Part shown: piece after piece, positions 51,590 to 64,000 of the stretch | Numbering within the stretch: the stretch's first letter is position 1 | How the letters are laid out: each line of letters starts with the position of its first letter | Assembly: GCA_013239625.1 (NCBI GenBank) | Contig: MU053810.1 | Span: 5,426,071-5,490,070, forward strand | From: Lama guanicoe | Lineage: Eukaryota | Direction: 5' to 3' | Length of the DNA stretch: 64,000 nt | Notes under the pieces: generated by a model | What the model was told of the DNA's origin: nothing | Databases searched by the model: none | Seen by the model: the letters and a program-made list of their open reading frames with translations, nothing else | Translations under genes and position numbers: made by a program

Positions 51590-52130
51590 TCTGTTCATTC
51601 ATTTCTTCATCCATTTACTAAACAAATGTTTACCTAGCATGTGCTGTGAGCCAGGCACATGGGACAATGCATCAGTGAACAAACATTTCTTGTTAACCTG
51701 TATCCACCCTGGGAAATTCCTTGCCCTCTTGGGTTTACATTTTACTGGGAGATACACTAAACAGTACACCTAATGAGTCTATTGTTTTGTAAGGCAGAAG
51801 CTCAGAACTGTTGCAGAAAACTGGAGATCAGGATAAGGGAGCCTGGGAGTGTGCATTTCAGTCTTCCGTGGGGAGGTCCAGATAGTCCGTGTTGAGAGAG
51901 TGTCTTTTGAACAAAGCTAGAAGTGAGAAAGAAGTTGTGCAGATATGCGAAAGGAAGATGCTCCAGGCAGAAGGAAGAGCCACGACAGAGGTCTAAGGAG
52001 GAAGTTTGCCTAGTGTGTTCTGAAACACCTAGAAGACCGCGTGGCTGGGGTGGAGAGGGAGGGAGGCGGCAGGCATGTGGGAGATGAGGTGAGAAGCGAA
52101 CCAGGCCAGCACATATGCTAAAACATTTCT
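51590..52130 (-). mobile_element. L2 3' relic
   Basis: ttcattcatttcttcatccatttactaaacaaatgtttacctagcatgtgctgtgagccaggcac...ccaggcagaaggaagagc. Confidence 0.75.
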
Positions 52131-53113
52131 TGTTGCCCTGCCTCCACCCCAGGAGATGCTCTGCCCCTTAATCACCTTTAATGGTCTTTCCTTGCTTGAG
52201 ATGGTTGTTCGTATTCCAGCTTTCAGTTGGAATTTCCCACAAGTACGAAGAGCGTCTTGTATCTTGGGCATCATTCTGTGTCAGGGTTGATGTGCTTTTT
52301 AACCCTTGATTACATTTTGTGGGACATTCTAAAGGTTTTGGGGAACACTGAATTCTAAGTGTTTGCTCGGGGGCTGGGATGGCCACAGCCTCAGCAAATG
52401 ACTTTGGTTGAACCTGTCATCAGCAATTTCAGAGAAATATTTCTTCTTGGACTAATTGGTAACAAATGTAAATTCTTTGCTAGAATGTGCCTTAACTCCA
52501 AAGCTGTTTTTGCCATTAGTGGGATGGCAATGTATCATTTTGACTAATCAATTCAGTGAAATTACCTATCGATTAAGTCAAATTGACAAGTGATTTGTTT
52601 TCCTGCTCTATTGATCCTCATTGATTTTACTTCAGTTCAGTACCGCTGAAATGGTAAAAGTATAGATTCTTCCAATTTTAGCTCCCAAGGGGCATTAAAT
52701 ATTCTCTGTCGTAACTTTTTTATTCCATAGATGAGAAAATGGAGGCTCTGAGAGGTTTTTTTTTCTGATTTTTTTTATTCAATCAGCTGTGTGTGTGTGT
52801 GTGTGTGAAATTTATCTCTTATGGTAAATACTTCTACCTGCAGAATTCAGAATGGTATTTTTCCACTCTTGTTCTTACAGGAAGACAGGCAAATTTCAGA
52901 GGTTTGTTGTTTATAACTTGTTCCTTTTTTGCCTCAAATATAAAGTGACTCAGCAGTCACTGTTCTCTGAGGGTGGGGAAAGAAGTGATTTGAGCTGGTG
53001 GTGAAAAACAGAGAGAATCAGATGACCTGATGATTCAGTTTCCAGGTGCAGTTGGCAAAGACATTTGACCTTCTCAGAAAGGTCAGGCTCTGAGGACAAG
53101 ATGTTGTCAACTT

Positions 53114-53277
53114 TTTTTTTTTAAGTTTATTTATTTAATTAATTTATTTTTTGGTGGGGGGAGGTAATTAGGATTATTTCATATTTATTTACTCTTAGGA
53201 GAGGTAGTAGGGATTGAAGCCAGGACCTCATGCATCCTAAGCATTTGCTCTACCACTTGAGCTGTACCCTCTCCCCC
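53114..53277 (-). mobile_element. Vic-1-like SINE with 7-bp TSD
   Basis: tcaactt at 53107-53113 and 53278-53284; gaggtagtagggattgaagccaggacctcatgcatcctaagcatttgctctaccacttgagctgtaccct. Confidence 0.88.
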
Positions 53278-53682
53278 TCAACTTGTAAATATCTCATCGG
53301 AAAATGCACCTCCTGATCCTTCTCCCATGTCCCCTCTTGATGCACACAGCCCTGGGTCACATTGTCAAAGGCAAAAGTGAGCCAGCACAGAAGACATATT
53401 AGAAATTCTGTAAGGCTCTGCATTTCACCTATAGATGAAGTAGCCCTGCTGGGGCATCCTTTGCAGTATAAAAACTTGGGGAAGTCCGAGTATTCTATTC
53501 TGATCAGTTTTAATGTTTGCATTTCCCGCAAGTTCAAGAGCTTCCATGAGTCACCTAATCGCTGACACATTTTACTTTCCATCTTAGCTTCTCTTCCTAA
53601 CTACTTATGGGATATTATTATCTATGTTTTATTCTATACTCTAGAGGATCCTAAAGGATGAAGTTAGAATTCTTCCCTTTTA

Positions 53683-54439
53683 GGAACCCCTCCCCCACTG
53701 CACTGCTGATGGAAATGTAATTTGGTTCAGCCATTATGGAAAACAGTATGGAGATTCCTCCGAAGACTGAAAATAGACTTACCATACGATCCAGCAATCC
53801 CATTTCTGGGCATATATCCAGAGGGAACTCTAATTCAAAAAGATGCATGCACCCCAATGTTCATAGCAGCACTATTTACAGTAGCCAAGACATGGAAGCA
53901 ACCTAAATGTCCATCGACAGATGCCTAGACAAAGCAGTTGTGGTATATTTTTACCATGTAATACTGCTCAGCCATAAAAAAGAATTAAAAAATGCCATTT
54001 GCAGCAACATGGGTGGACCTAGAGATCGTCATACTAAGTGAAGTAAGCCAGAAAGAGGAAGGAAAATACCACATGATATCACTCATATGTGGAATCTAAA
54101 CAAAAAAAGAGAGAGAAAGGACACCATGAACTCATCCAGAAAACAGAAACAGACTCACAGGCATAGTAAACAATCTTATAGTTACTGGAGAAAGGGGTGG
54201 GAAGGGATAAATTTGGGAGTTCAAGATTTGCAAATGTTAGCCCCTATATGTAAAAATAGATTTTAAGAAAGTTTCTTCTGTAAACTGAACAGGGAACTAT
54301 GTTCAATATATTGTAATAACCTTCACTGAAAATGAATATGAAAACGAATACATGTATGTACATGCATGAGTGGGACATTATACTGTACACCAGAAATTTA
54401 CACATTGTAACTGACTGTACTTCAATTAAACAAAAAAAA
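53683..54439 (+). mobile_element. 5'-truncated young L1 (ORF2 C-terminus, 3'UTR, poly-A) with perfect 17-bp TSD
   Basis: ORF VQPLWKTVWRFLRRLKIDLPYDPAIPFLGIYP...CTPMFIAALFTVAKTWKQPKCPSTD. TSD agaattcttccctttta at 53666-53682 and 54440-54456. Confidence 0.96.
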
Positions 54440-54929
54440 AGAATTCTTCCCTTTTATAGGAAAATACAGTCTCATTTGTGATATAGAGAAATTAGCCTGG
54501 ATGGGGCACGGGGCAGTTCTGCCTGCTCGGGTTAGAGAGGTGCTCAGCTGAGACAGAGAAGAAAGACTAAATACCAGGCAACTTGATGATCCCTTGTAGA
54601 GGCTCCCAGAGTTCTCCATCCTTTTCCTTAAGTTGTTAGGATTTTCAGAACTCAATACCTCTTCCTATTCCAGTGCAAGTATGAAACTCATTCCAAGGAC
54701 ACGGAGCAATAATATTGATTGTGTCCCAGAGCAACATGGAAATGAAGGATTTACTGGTACTCACGTCACACTCCCATCTGCCAATTCCCACAACTGTTGT
54801 TTGCTTCTATTAGAATTCATTAGTTATTTCACAAGGTTCTATTGAAGAAACTTGTTGCCCGTGAGCACTTAAAAGCACTTTAAAAGACCTTGGTAAATCT
54901 GTTAAAAAGAAGTAAAATGTTTGAAAAAG

Positions 54930-55600
54930 ATATCTCTTTCTCCCCTAATACAGTTTTTATCTTCTTCACTGAAGCCAATCCAGAATCTTGGACTGCGTTT
55001 TGGGTCGTATCTTTATCAAAAATGGCACTGTTTACTTTCCAAAAGTAGCATCGACTAAATCATCATTGAGGTGGAGTTGCTTTTTATAGATGTCTTCCAG
55101 CTAATAAATGAAGACAGAATCTAAGATTTTCAATTTCACCATTCTTCAGTCCTGATGACTGACTGGCTGTAGGCAGTGATATCAGTAGTTGCTATACCTT
55201 CTTTACAAAGAAAGGGAGAAGCTGGCATCACATTCCTCCTGGTGGGAGTACACAGTACGACTAACTGTAGAGTCCTTGCCAAAGTCAAATAGGAATCTGG
55301 TCAAGTCCACATGGGAGATTTCATGTAAAATGAAAATACAGGGATGCAAAATCCAGGAATGCAGAAAATTCTGCAGGGCAAATGGCTACTTTTCTTCCAT
55401 AACCAAATTGCAAGGGGGACATGGGAAAAGATGGTGGGGAACCTGCAAATGAAAGAAATTTAAGGCCCAGCAACCAGTTGCACTGTGTAAGCCTTATTTA
55501 GATCCTGACTTAAACAAAAGGTTGAAAAGCAAATGCTCTGAGACAATAGGGGAAATGTGAACACAGACTGGATATTTGCTTATATTAAAAAATCACTGTT
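54930..55600 (+). mobile_element. Old L1MC4/5-like 3' region, continuing at ~56240-56330
   Basis: tagatgtcttccagctaataaatgaaga...gggatgcaaaatccaggaatgcagaaaattctgcagg...gagacaataggggaaatgtgaacacagactggatattt. Confidence 0.6.
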
Positions 55601-55602
55601 AA

Positions 55603-56237
55603 CTTTTTTCCCAATATTTTGATATATATGTATCTTCAGATTCTTCTCCATTATACATTATTGTAAGATATTGAATATAGTTCCCTGTGCTATATAGTAG
55701 GATCTTGTTGTTTATCTTATACATAGTAGTATGTACCTGTTAATCCCAAATTCCTAATTTATCCTCCACTCTCCCCTTTGGTAACCATAAGATTATTTCC
55801 TATGTCTGTGAATTTGTTTCTGTTTTGTAAATAAGTTCATTTTTGTAATTTTTTTATATTCCACCCATAAGTGATATGATATTTGTCTTTGTCTGACTTA
55901 GTGTGATAATCTTTAGGTCCATCCATTTTGCTACAAATGTCATTATATCATTCTTTTTATGGCTAAGTAATAGTCCATTGTATAAATATACCACAACTTC
56001 TTTATCCCATCATATGTCCATAGACATTTAGGCTGCCTCTATGTCTTGCCTATTATAAATAGTGCTGCTATGAACATTTGGGTACAGTACTTTTTCAAAT
56101 TAGAGTTTTTACCTTTTCTGGATATACACCCAGGAGTGGGATTGCTGGATCATGTGGTAGTTCTGTGTTTAGTTTTTTAAGGAGCCTCCATTGCTGTTCT
56201 CCATAGTGGCTGCACGAGTTTACATTCCCACCACCAG
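55603..56237 (-). mobile_element. L1 ORF2-end/3'UTR fragment nested in the old L1
   Basis: aagatattgaatatagttccctgtgctatatagtagg...cccaggagtgggattgctggatcatgtggtagttct...ctccatagtggctgcac. aatcactgt is repeated on both sides. Confidence 0.9.
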
Positions 56238-59200
56238 AAGAATCACTGTGTGTGATAATGGCTCTTGTTATTAGATTCTTTTTTAAATAGTTCCAGTCTT
56301 TCAGAGATCTAGGTTAAAAGATTCATGAATGAATTGGAAAAAAGTAGTGTGAAAGTCAAAAAGTACATGGAATACAAATAACATGAAACTTGTCTCAAAA
56401 ATCATGCTTTCCACTGTTAACTATTTATATGACTGATGAATCCCATCTGACCCAACTTGAGAAGGCTCCATCTTTCACTGTCAATCACCTGCATATGTTA
56501 CAGGCATCACATCCAGCCAGGAGAAACCATTCAAATAGGATTCTGAGAATTACTAATCTTGCTTCAAAAAAAATTCTATTGTTTTGATACATTTTACTTA
56601 ATCTTCACATATCTGGCCTTCATATATGAATGATGATTTAATCATATTTTTTCAACACTTCTACTTATGTTATACTGATTTTTGATAATTGAGGTAAATA
56701 ATCACAACTTCACAGCTCTGTAGATATTATATCCTTAAAGAGGCTAGCCAGCAATGAATGTGCAGCCAATATTTGTTAAATGAATAAATGAAATTTTAGT
56801 ACTATTTTAAATTTTGTGTGAAAGCAAAAGATTATACTCTTAATACATTCTTCTTGTTCAGTAATTACTGATTTAAGTATTTTACAAGATTATTAAGAGT
56901 AACTGTAATTAAAAAGTAGTTTTAATACTTATGCAGAAAAAGATAGAGAATGTTCCACATTTTTTACATTAAGAAACTTTCTTTAATAAAAATATTACAT
57001 ACTCACTACTGAAAAATTCAAAAGTACCAAAGAACTCTTTACTCTATCACCAGCCACAACCACTATTAACATTTTTATTTCCTTTTAGTCTTTTTAAAAA
57101 CAGAGTTGCACTTGTGTTAAGAAACATTCCTGTCTTCAATTTTAGAGACAGAATCCCATTGCATGAATGCTTTTCTTTTAAATTTCCTTGTGGTATTGTT
57201 TTTTCTTTAATGAAACAGAAACTTTTAAGCCTTTTAGAAAATGGGAACTCTTGTATCCAGTGAAATGTGTACCAAAAAAACAGACAGTACTCACTATCAA
57301 CACTTTCTGGTAGCATGTAACTACACTGTAAGTGAAGAGGGCTATTTTGAAATTTTTAAAATTTATTTATATTCATTTTTTTGCTCTGAGAAAATTGGGC
57401 CTATTATAATTTTTCATAATAGGTTTAGCTCATTGAGTACTACTTTTAGATAAACCTAGAGATTAGTAATAGGAACAAATTATACTAAGATATAAAATAA
57501 AGAAATAAAATATTACTCCTTTGCAATGCTCTGATTTCCTAAACCAAGCTCAGTTAATACTACTGTTGCATTTTGTCCCCTTTGCATGCAGTGGCTACCA
57601 AAATATGGAGCAAGTAATCCTACATCTTTTATTTGAACTCAACCCTATTGAACTTGAATCACTGTGAAGACCCACCCTCTCTTTCTTCCTCTGTCTCCCA
57701 ATTTCAAATTGCTTTCTAGCCTGTAAGCTCAGCATGTATATAGGAAACAGGCTTACATAACTAGAGAAGTGAATTTTGAGAAGTGAGTTTTGCACAAAAC
57801 TAAAGGAATTCCATTCCATTGAATAAGATTGCTTGACTCCTCGCCCTTCACTAGGTAGCTGCTTTACACTTCCCCAAGGATTTCTTTGTCTAACCCCCAA
57901 GGGGTTGGAACAGATGTTCATTTTCTCATGTAGGGAGACTTAGGCAGCTGTGCAGTTTGGATCAGGTTAAAGTGTGTCCCTGATGGAGCCTGGGTGAGAA
58001 CAGGACCCCATGACCCTCAGTCTCTTGCATTATGGAGTCGGAGGTTATGCTTGGGGACAGGGGACCTGGGTTCCAGAACCACGACCAATCCACTGTTGGA
58101 GTTCAGTCTCCCCAGGTCATGACTTTATTAAGGCTTCCATGGTCTGCAGAGAAGCCAAGTTCTGGAGTCTTAGGGGCAGAAAGGGGTTAAATGGTTTAAC
58201 CCTCCCAGTCCACCTTGTCCCACCTACATCCTGACTCCACCACATCTCACCCCAGCCCATCACCTTTCCTGACCTCTCTCCGGATTAGCTTAGCATGGGT
58301 ACCAAAAATGTCTGTGTGTTTCGCTCATCTCCTCTCAAATCTTGGTCCATTTCTGGCATCAGCAGAGCTTCTCTGCCTTCCAGGCCAAGGCGTGCATATG
58401 CCATTTCCTCATTATGCATGTCCCGCTAGTGCTCAGGTCTGGCTTTGGAGAATAAATTATTTTTTCTTAGATGTGATCCATTGTATTCTCGTATATTGGG
58501 AGGAGTCCCAACACAATCCCTGGCAGGGTGAGATGAGGGGGAAGAAAGCAGAAATATGGCTATGTAGCTTCAAAGCCACTTCCGTTTTATTAAATCCATA
58601 TGCAGCATAAGGACTTTATATGTCATCTCAACATATTACAATAGTCTTTCACAATAAATAGTCTGTCCCCCATTTTACAGGACAGGATATCATGGTTCTG
58701 GGAAGTGTGACCTGGGTAGGGACTGACCCAGGATTTGTGACACCACACGCAGGCTCTACCTTGATCCGTCTTCAAATAATATTCAAATATTTAACACATG
58801 TTTCTAGTGGGGAGCAGGCTGGCAATGATGAGGGATGCTTTTCTATCTCCCTTCATTGGTGTGGACCATTTCAGCAGGAGTTGAACTCATTTTGTCAGCT
58901 TTCTAAGAGGGACTGAGAGATCTGAGATCTTTCCCCAAATTATTTCAGCCCTGTTTTAATGCCCCTTATAGACCTGTCCTCTGCTTCCCATTCCTTCAAT
59001 TGCTCTGACCCTTAATAGCTAGTAAGGGACAGAGATGGGGTTTAAAATGTCATCTTCTTCTATTCTGTGCTTGTATCACCTCCAGCATTTAAGATTCTTA
59101 AGTGTGTGGTGAATTGAATGATCATTAAAGAATTAAAACCCTGATTGGCTGCTCTCTTATATTCGTGTATCATTTTATGGTTTACAAAGAGCTTTCATGG

Positions 59201-61254
59201 CGCTAATGTCATTTAAATTTCACCCAGAAACTCAGGGGACATCACAACCAACCCTCCTTCACGTGCAGAACAGGCTCCTCAGTAAGGCCAGGACATTCGG
59301 TCTTCTGCTTCCAAGTTTTACGATACCATGCGGCTCCTGTGTTCCTGGGTTTCTTTCGGATGATGCTACTGTCCAGCCTGGAAATAAGAAAAAAAAAAGG
59401 GAGACTGGAGGGAGGGTTACTTAGTAGCTGCAATTTCGAAACCAAGAGAATGGCCACTTTAAAATGGTTTCCTCACCCAGAGCCCTAAGACTGGTATTAA
59501 TCACCACGTTAGAGGCAGAAAAAGGAAGCCTTTCTTTGGAAGACTATAATGATAACACATTTCTTGAACTTTTAGTAAGAGGTTTCTGTTTCATTATATA
59601 ATGGGCTCAGTAAGGCTTCACGTAAGATGGGATGCCCTTGGCTCTGGGTCTTAGCGAGTGAGTCAGGGTTTATCCAAAGCGAAAGGAGGGATAAGAGGCA
59701 AGACTTCCCTGCCTAAGAGAGGGGTAGGAGACGCACTCAGAGGGGTGATGGAGACTGAAGGTTCGGGAGGGCTGGCCAGGAGGGAAGGCGTAGGTGGGAG
59801 CGGCTGATACCCCTGGAAGCTTCTGTACCAGAGGTCATATGATCAAAGAGATGGATGAAAATAATGGCCCAGTTGGGAGGGTGAACTCAAAGGAGAAAAG
59901 CCCAGAAAGGGGATCCTCCATGTTTTCTCATTTCCATCCTTACTTAATTCCATCTTAATAAACCTGTTTGTCCAAAGAGCGAGGGAATGGTATCTTCAAA
60001 GTACCTTCTGAAAAGAGGAAGAGCTGGCAGACAACAGTTTTACATTCCATCAGAAGAGAAGACAAGCCTCCCACCGAGTCAAGTTCCGGATACAGATGGA
60101 AGCCTTCCAGTCAAAAAGGGTGGGTTATCTGATGACTCGTTGAGATGGAAAGTCTCTTGTTCACTGTTCAAGGCAGCGTAGATTACAGTGAAGGATGTGG
60201 CCTCGAGGGACAAACTTTCTATATTGGAATCCCAGCTCTGCTCTCTCCTCACAGTGTGACCTTGTACGTTACACAGTGGTCACAATACTTAGAAGTGCAC
60301 ATGGGGACAAAGATTAGTCTATGACTTGCCGTTAAATCTCACACCGTTTATGCTTTAAGTACAGTGCCTAATTTTCACTTGTTTTCTTTTTTATTTAATT
60401 GATTTCCTGGCAGTTTTAAAAAGCATATTTACAGTGGGAAATATGTATATATACGTAGGAAGAAAGATCCCAATTGTGTCCCTCTTATAGAGCCATGTGG
60501 ATCATCTTGGCATAATTAGTATGAAAAATTAGTTATTACTCGTTTGTACGGGTAATATTGATACATTAATGAAGAAAAGAAGATCAGAATGTTGCCAATC
60601 TGAAGCCTGAATCCAGAATTTCAGTTACACAATTTTATTTATTTATTCTTAGAAAACAAGAATGATTATTCCCATATTCAGGGGTTGAGACAGAAGTTCA
60701 AAACTTTAGTTGTATTTCTGCTTGGGAAAATAGCAGAGATCTAAAATTAGTCTTATAAGACCACAGATATGTCCCCGGCCAAATTTAATGTGGGATTTTA
60801 AAGTTCATGGAGTTAAATAGTTTAAAGCAGCACTGTACAAAGCAAATAGAAAGTGCACTTTTCAACTTTTTTTTGGTTTTATTTGGTAAGGTATCAAAAT
60901 TGAGGAATGTATTTACATTTTTATGATAATGATACTTAAAATATTTGGCATCGCAAAAATATTAGCAAAATGAGAGGCTTTTTTTTGTCATTAAAGGGAG
61001 TTCTTTAGTGGGTATCATATTGGCTACATCAAAAGAAAACGCTTCTCTTTGTGGTAAAAGTTCCTCATTCTTAGCTACAGATTTCTACACTTGGAATTTA
61101 GTTTGTAGTTCCGTGTGGCACTGACCAGTGCTGAGCCATTATGTCAGAGCATTTTTGAAAGGATGTTTATGATTGAGTTATTTCTTTTTCTGCAGTTGCA
61201 TAAATTTGAGTTAAGGTTTAATAAAATAAAATTAGGTATAACTTTAGTCCTACC

Positions 61255-61302
61255 ACTTGGAAACACTGGATGATGACTGTAGCTCCTTCAGTGTTTCCAA
61301 GT
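61255..61302. repeat. Short hairpin/palindrome with a 14-bp perfect stem
   Basis: acttggaaacactg (61255-61268) pairs with cagtgtttccaagt (61289-61302). Confidence 0.9.
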
Positions 61303-61989
61303 AAGCACCCACTTTCAAATCAAAAAACAAAAGAAAAAGAAAATCAACACAAAGAAGACTTGTGATTTAGCCCTCCATTAGTCAGCCTCAAATCTTCCTA
61401 GAGTATGTGAAGTCAAGTGACAGCAGTTACTTTAACCTGAATCACTCAGTAACCAATTCTTAGTTTATAGGTCATGTTCCAAGATTAGCCACTATAATAC
61501 CTGATAGAGGAAATTACTGACATCATGTGTTACCACAGTAGGTTCAAAAGGACTAACATTATTCGGCGGAAGTTAGGAGGGGGACCCGGCATCCTGGACT
61601 TGCTCATTCCCCACCACAGGCAGTGCCATCCAAAATGGAACAGTGAGGGGGAGAAGAGGTAGAACTTTCAAGAACATCTGAAATTAACAGTGTACGTTAC
61701 TGCAATAGTGTACAATTTCCTTGAAGCTGGAAAAAAAAGCAAAAAGAATGAGCTCCACCCTGTGGAGAGACCATCCTGTCACTCTCATCTGCCACCTCCA
61801 TCTTTTTTATGTGATTATTGATTAGACAAATGAATATAACATGGGGACGTTTTATCAGCTGTGGTACAATTAGAACTATTGCCAGTAAATAAAGACATCC
61901 CATAGCATTAGTGTATGTGCTTGTCTCTTGAGATTTAAAAACGTTTTTCAAAATATATGGTACTAACTAGTAATAAGAGACGAAGAATA

Positions 61990-62248
61990 CAGAGAGTACA
62001 GACTTGTGGTTGCCAGGGGGGTAGAGGGTGGGAAGGGATAGACTGGGATTTCAAAACTGTAGAATGGATAAACAAGATTACACTGTATAGCACAGGGAAA
62101 TATACACAAAATGTTAGGATAAATCACAGAGAAAAAAATGTGACAATGAGTGTGTATATGTCCATGAATGACTGAAAAATTGTGCTGAACACTGGAATTT
62201 GACACAACATTGTAAAATGATTATAAATCAATAAAAAATGTTAAAAAA
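61990..62248 (+). mobile_element. Young L1 3'UTR fragment with perfect 15-bp TSD
   Basis: TSD aagagacgaagaata at 61975-61989 and 62249-62263; AATAAA and an A tail. Confidence 0.95.
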
Positions 62249-63049
62249 AAGAGACGAAGAATAAAATCAGGAGAAAAATTTAGTTTTTCCTTGGGGAAAA
62301 AAAATCTATGAACGCTGACTGAAGCAAAACATGGGATTCTTAAAGAATCATAGACATTTAAATCTGGAAGGAATCTTGAACATCATTTAGTCAAACCTCT
62401 TTATTGATGTCCTTTATTTCCTTAATTTAAATGATAAATGAACATTTCAAGTCCCATGGGAACCAGAAATAAACCAAGGGAGGAGGTCCAGTGTGAGGGC
62501 GAGTTGCATTACATTTTTGAAGCTTCTACTCAACATTTCTGTACATGAAGGGATTAAAATGACAAACAAAGAAGAAAAACAAAATAGGAAAGTGCCCAAT
62601 ATCCATCATAGGCAGCCCAGGTCAGTTAAGGAAAAAGGTTAGTTGGCTGGAGTGAAAGGATACTGCTGAGAACTTCAGTTTTTGTTGTTGTTGTTTTAAT
62701 TCTAACAGCATATATGGAAGTGGCTCTGGCTAGGAATAGTCTAAATGCAAACTGAAAAATACTGCCCCAAATCCTAGGTGTTTGGTGGCCATAATGCACG
62801 GTTCACGGTGTTGCAATCAGGTATTTTATCTTGTGTATCCCTTGTGTGTATTTGAATCCTCTCTTAACTAGACTGCCATCTCTTCGAAGGCCCCTACTGT
62901 TTCTTATCCATTGCCCCTTCACTGGCACCTTAAGTAGCACTTCATAAAAACTAGATGATGTGTTAGTTGGTGATTGATAGCTGTATCTTTAAAATAGAAA
63001 CTTTATGTGCTTTAGCTGTATGATTCAAAGGTAAAGAATGAGGAAGGTA

Positions 63050-63138
63050 GAGGGTGGGGGTGGGTGTAGCTCAAGTGGTAAAGTATGTGCTTAGCACACA
63101 CAAGGTCCTGGGTTCAGTCCCCAGTAAAAAAAAAAAAA
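63050..63138 (+). mobile_element. Short Vic-1-like SINE (tRNA-like head plus poly-A only)
   Basis: gggtgtagctcaagtggtaaagtatgtgcttagcacacacaaggtcctgggttcagtccccagt followed by an A-run; flanked by aaagaatgaggaag / aaagaatgatgaag. Confidence 0.85.
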
Positions 63139-63589
63139 AAGAATGATGAAGACATACCTTTCTGTTTTTCCCCGATTCTCTCCAGGAGTTCTGATTGCTT
63201 TCTGTGTCATTTATTCAAGACTTAAACTGGGAGTTATAGCTCTCAACACTTCTAGCATAAACCCCTTTATAAGCAACAAGAAACATTTCTTTTATAAAAG
63301 TCTTAGCCTCAATGGTGATAATATCTGCAAAACTACGTACAAACCCCCATGTGAAACATACTAATGCCTTATTTTGGAAGTTCTTCTCTACTGGTTTTAT
63401 TTTACTTTCCTTCCCTAGGCACATAAAAACAACCACAAAGGTACTTACACAAAACATTTCAAGCTCTCTTTAGAAGATAATGATGATACATATTTTATGA
63501 TTTTTTTTCTTGGGGGGGGTGGTTAATAATTGAAGGACCTTTTTAGAAGCTTAGTAAGAAGAATTAGCCTACAGGGAAGATGATAGACT

Positions 63590-63820
63590 GCTATCACTAA
63601 TATACTAACACTGCCCAGGGACCTTTATATGTAGTCACCTACTTAATTCTTATGACCGACCTATGCAGAATTTTTTTTTTTTTTTGGTTTTTACCATTCT
63701 CATTTTACAGGAGAGAGAATTTAGAAACAGAAGGCGTTAAGTAACTTGTCCAACAGTTACACAGCCAAGATCTGGAGTACAACTCTGGCTCTATAAGCCA
63801 CGTGCTTAACCAGTGGTACA
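63590..63820 (-). mobile_element. MIR relic
   Basis: cattctcattttacaggagag...gttaagtaacttgtccaacagttacacagc...gtgcttaaccagt. Confidence 0.7.
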
Positions 63821-64000
63821 ACCTCTTGAATGTACACAAAGTATGGAGAAATGAATCATTTCATTCATTTCATCATTTCAGTCAATTCATGGTTTGCAAT
63901 GTTTGCTTTAGTGAGCTTAAGAAGTTTATTGACTTATCTGTGAATCTGTAAAAATATTCTTCTACAGGGTCAGCATTCTGCTAATCTCATACTTTAATGG

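Noticed and set aside
56630..56678. C/D-box snoRNA (ATGATGA...CTGA)
   Set aside because: Only ~50 nt, with no convincing terminal stem or guide, in AT-rich context.

Overview
This is mammalian non-coding DNA (large intron or intergenic), most likely from a camelid (Camelus/Vicugna/Lama). That call rests on seven tRNA-Ala-like Vic-1-type SINE units (GGGGAGGGTATAGCTCAGTGGTAGAG...CCCCAGTACCTCC) and cetartiodactyl-type L1 3' ends. I could not support any host protein-coding exon, so the locus is unidentified. The only gene-derived sequence is a full-length, frameshifted RPL36 processed pseudogene on the minus strand (48002-48390). The rest is L1 fragments (several with clean TSDs), MIR/L2 relics, MaLR and ERV1 solo LTRs, a 173-bp AT-rich tandem array and microsatellites. 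The most interesting unexplained signals are: (1) a ~75-bp near-perfect inverted repeat at 14307-14936 that matches no repeat I recognise, overlaps a G-quadruplex motif and is nested inside an inverted SINE pair; (2) a strongly A>G / AT>GC-biased substitution spectrum in the RPL36 retrocopy with its CpGs retained; (3) several atypical retrotransposition scars; (4) candidate regulatory elements (CTCF site, CpG-rich AP-1/RUNX/TEAD cluster, RFX boxes, MEF2/CArG cluster). I see no convincing new multi-gene system. Repeat subfamily names come from recalled consensus sequences, not a search, and boundaries of old repeats are approximate.
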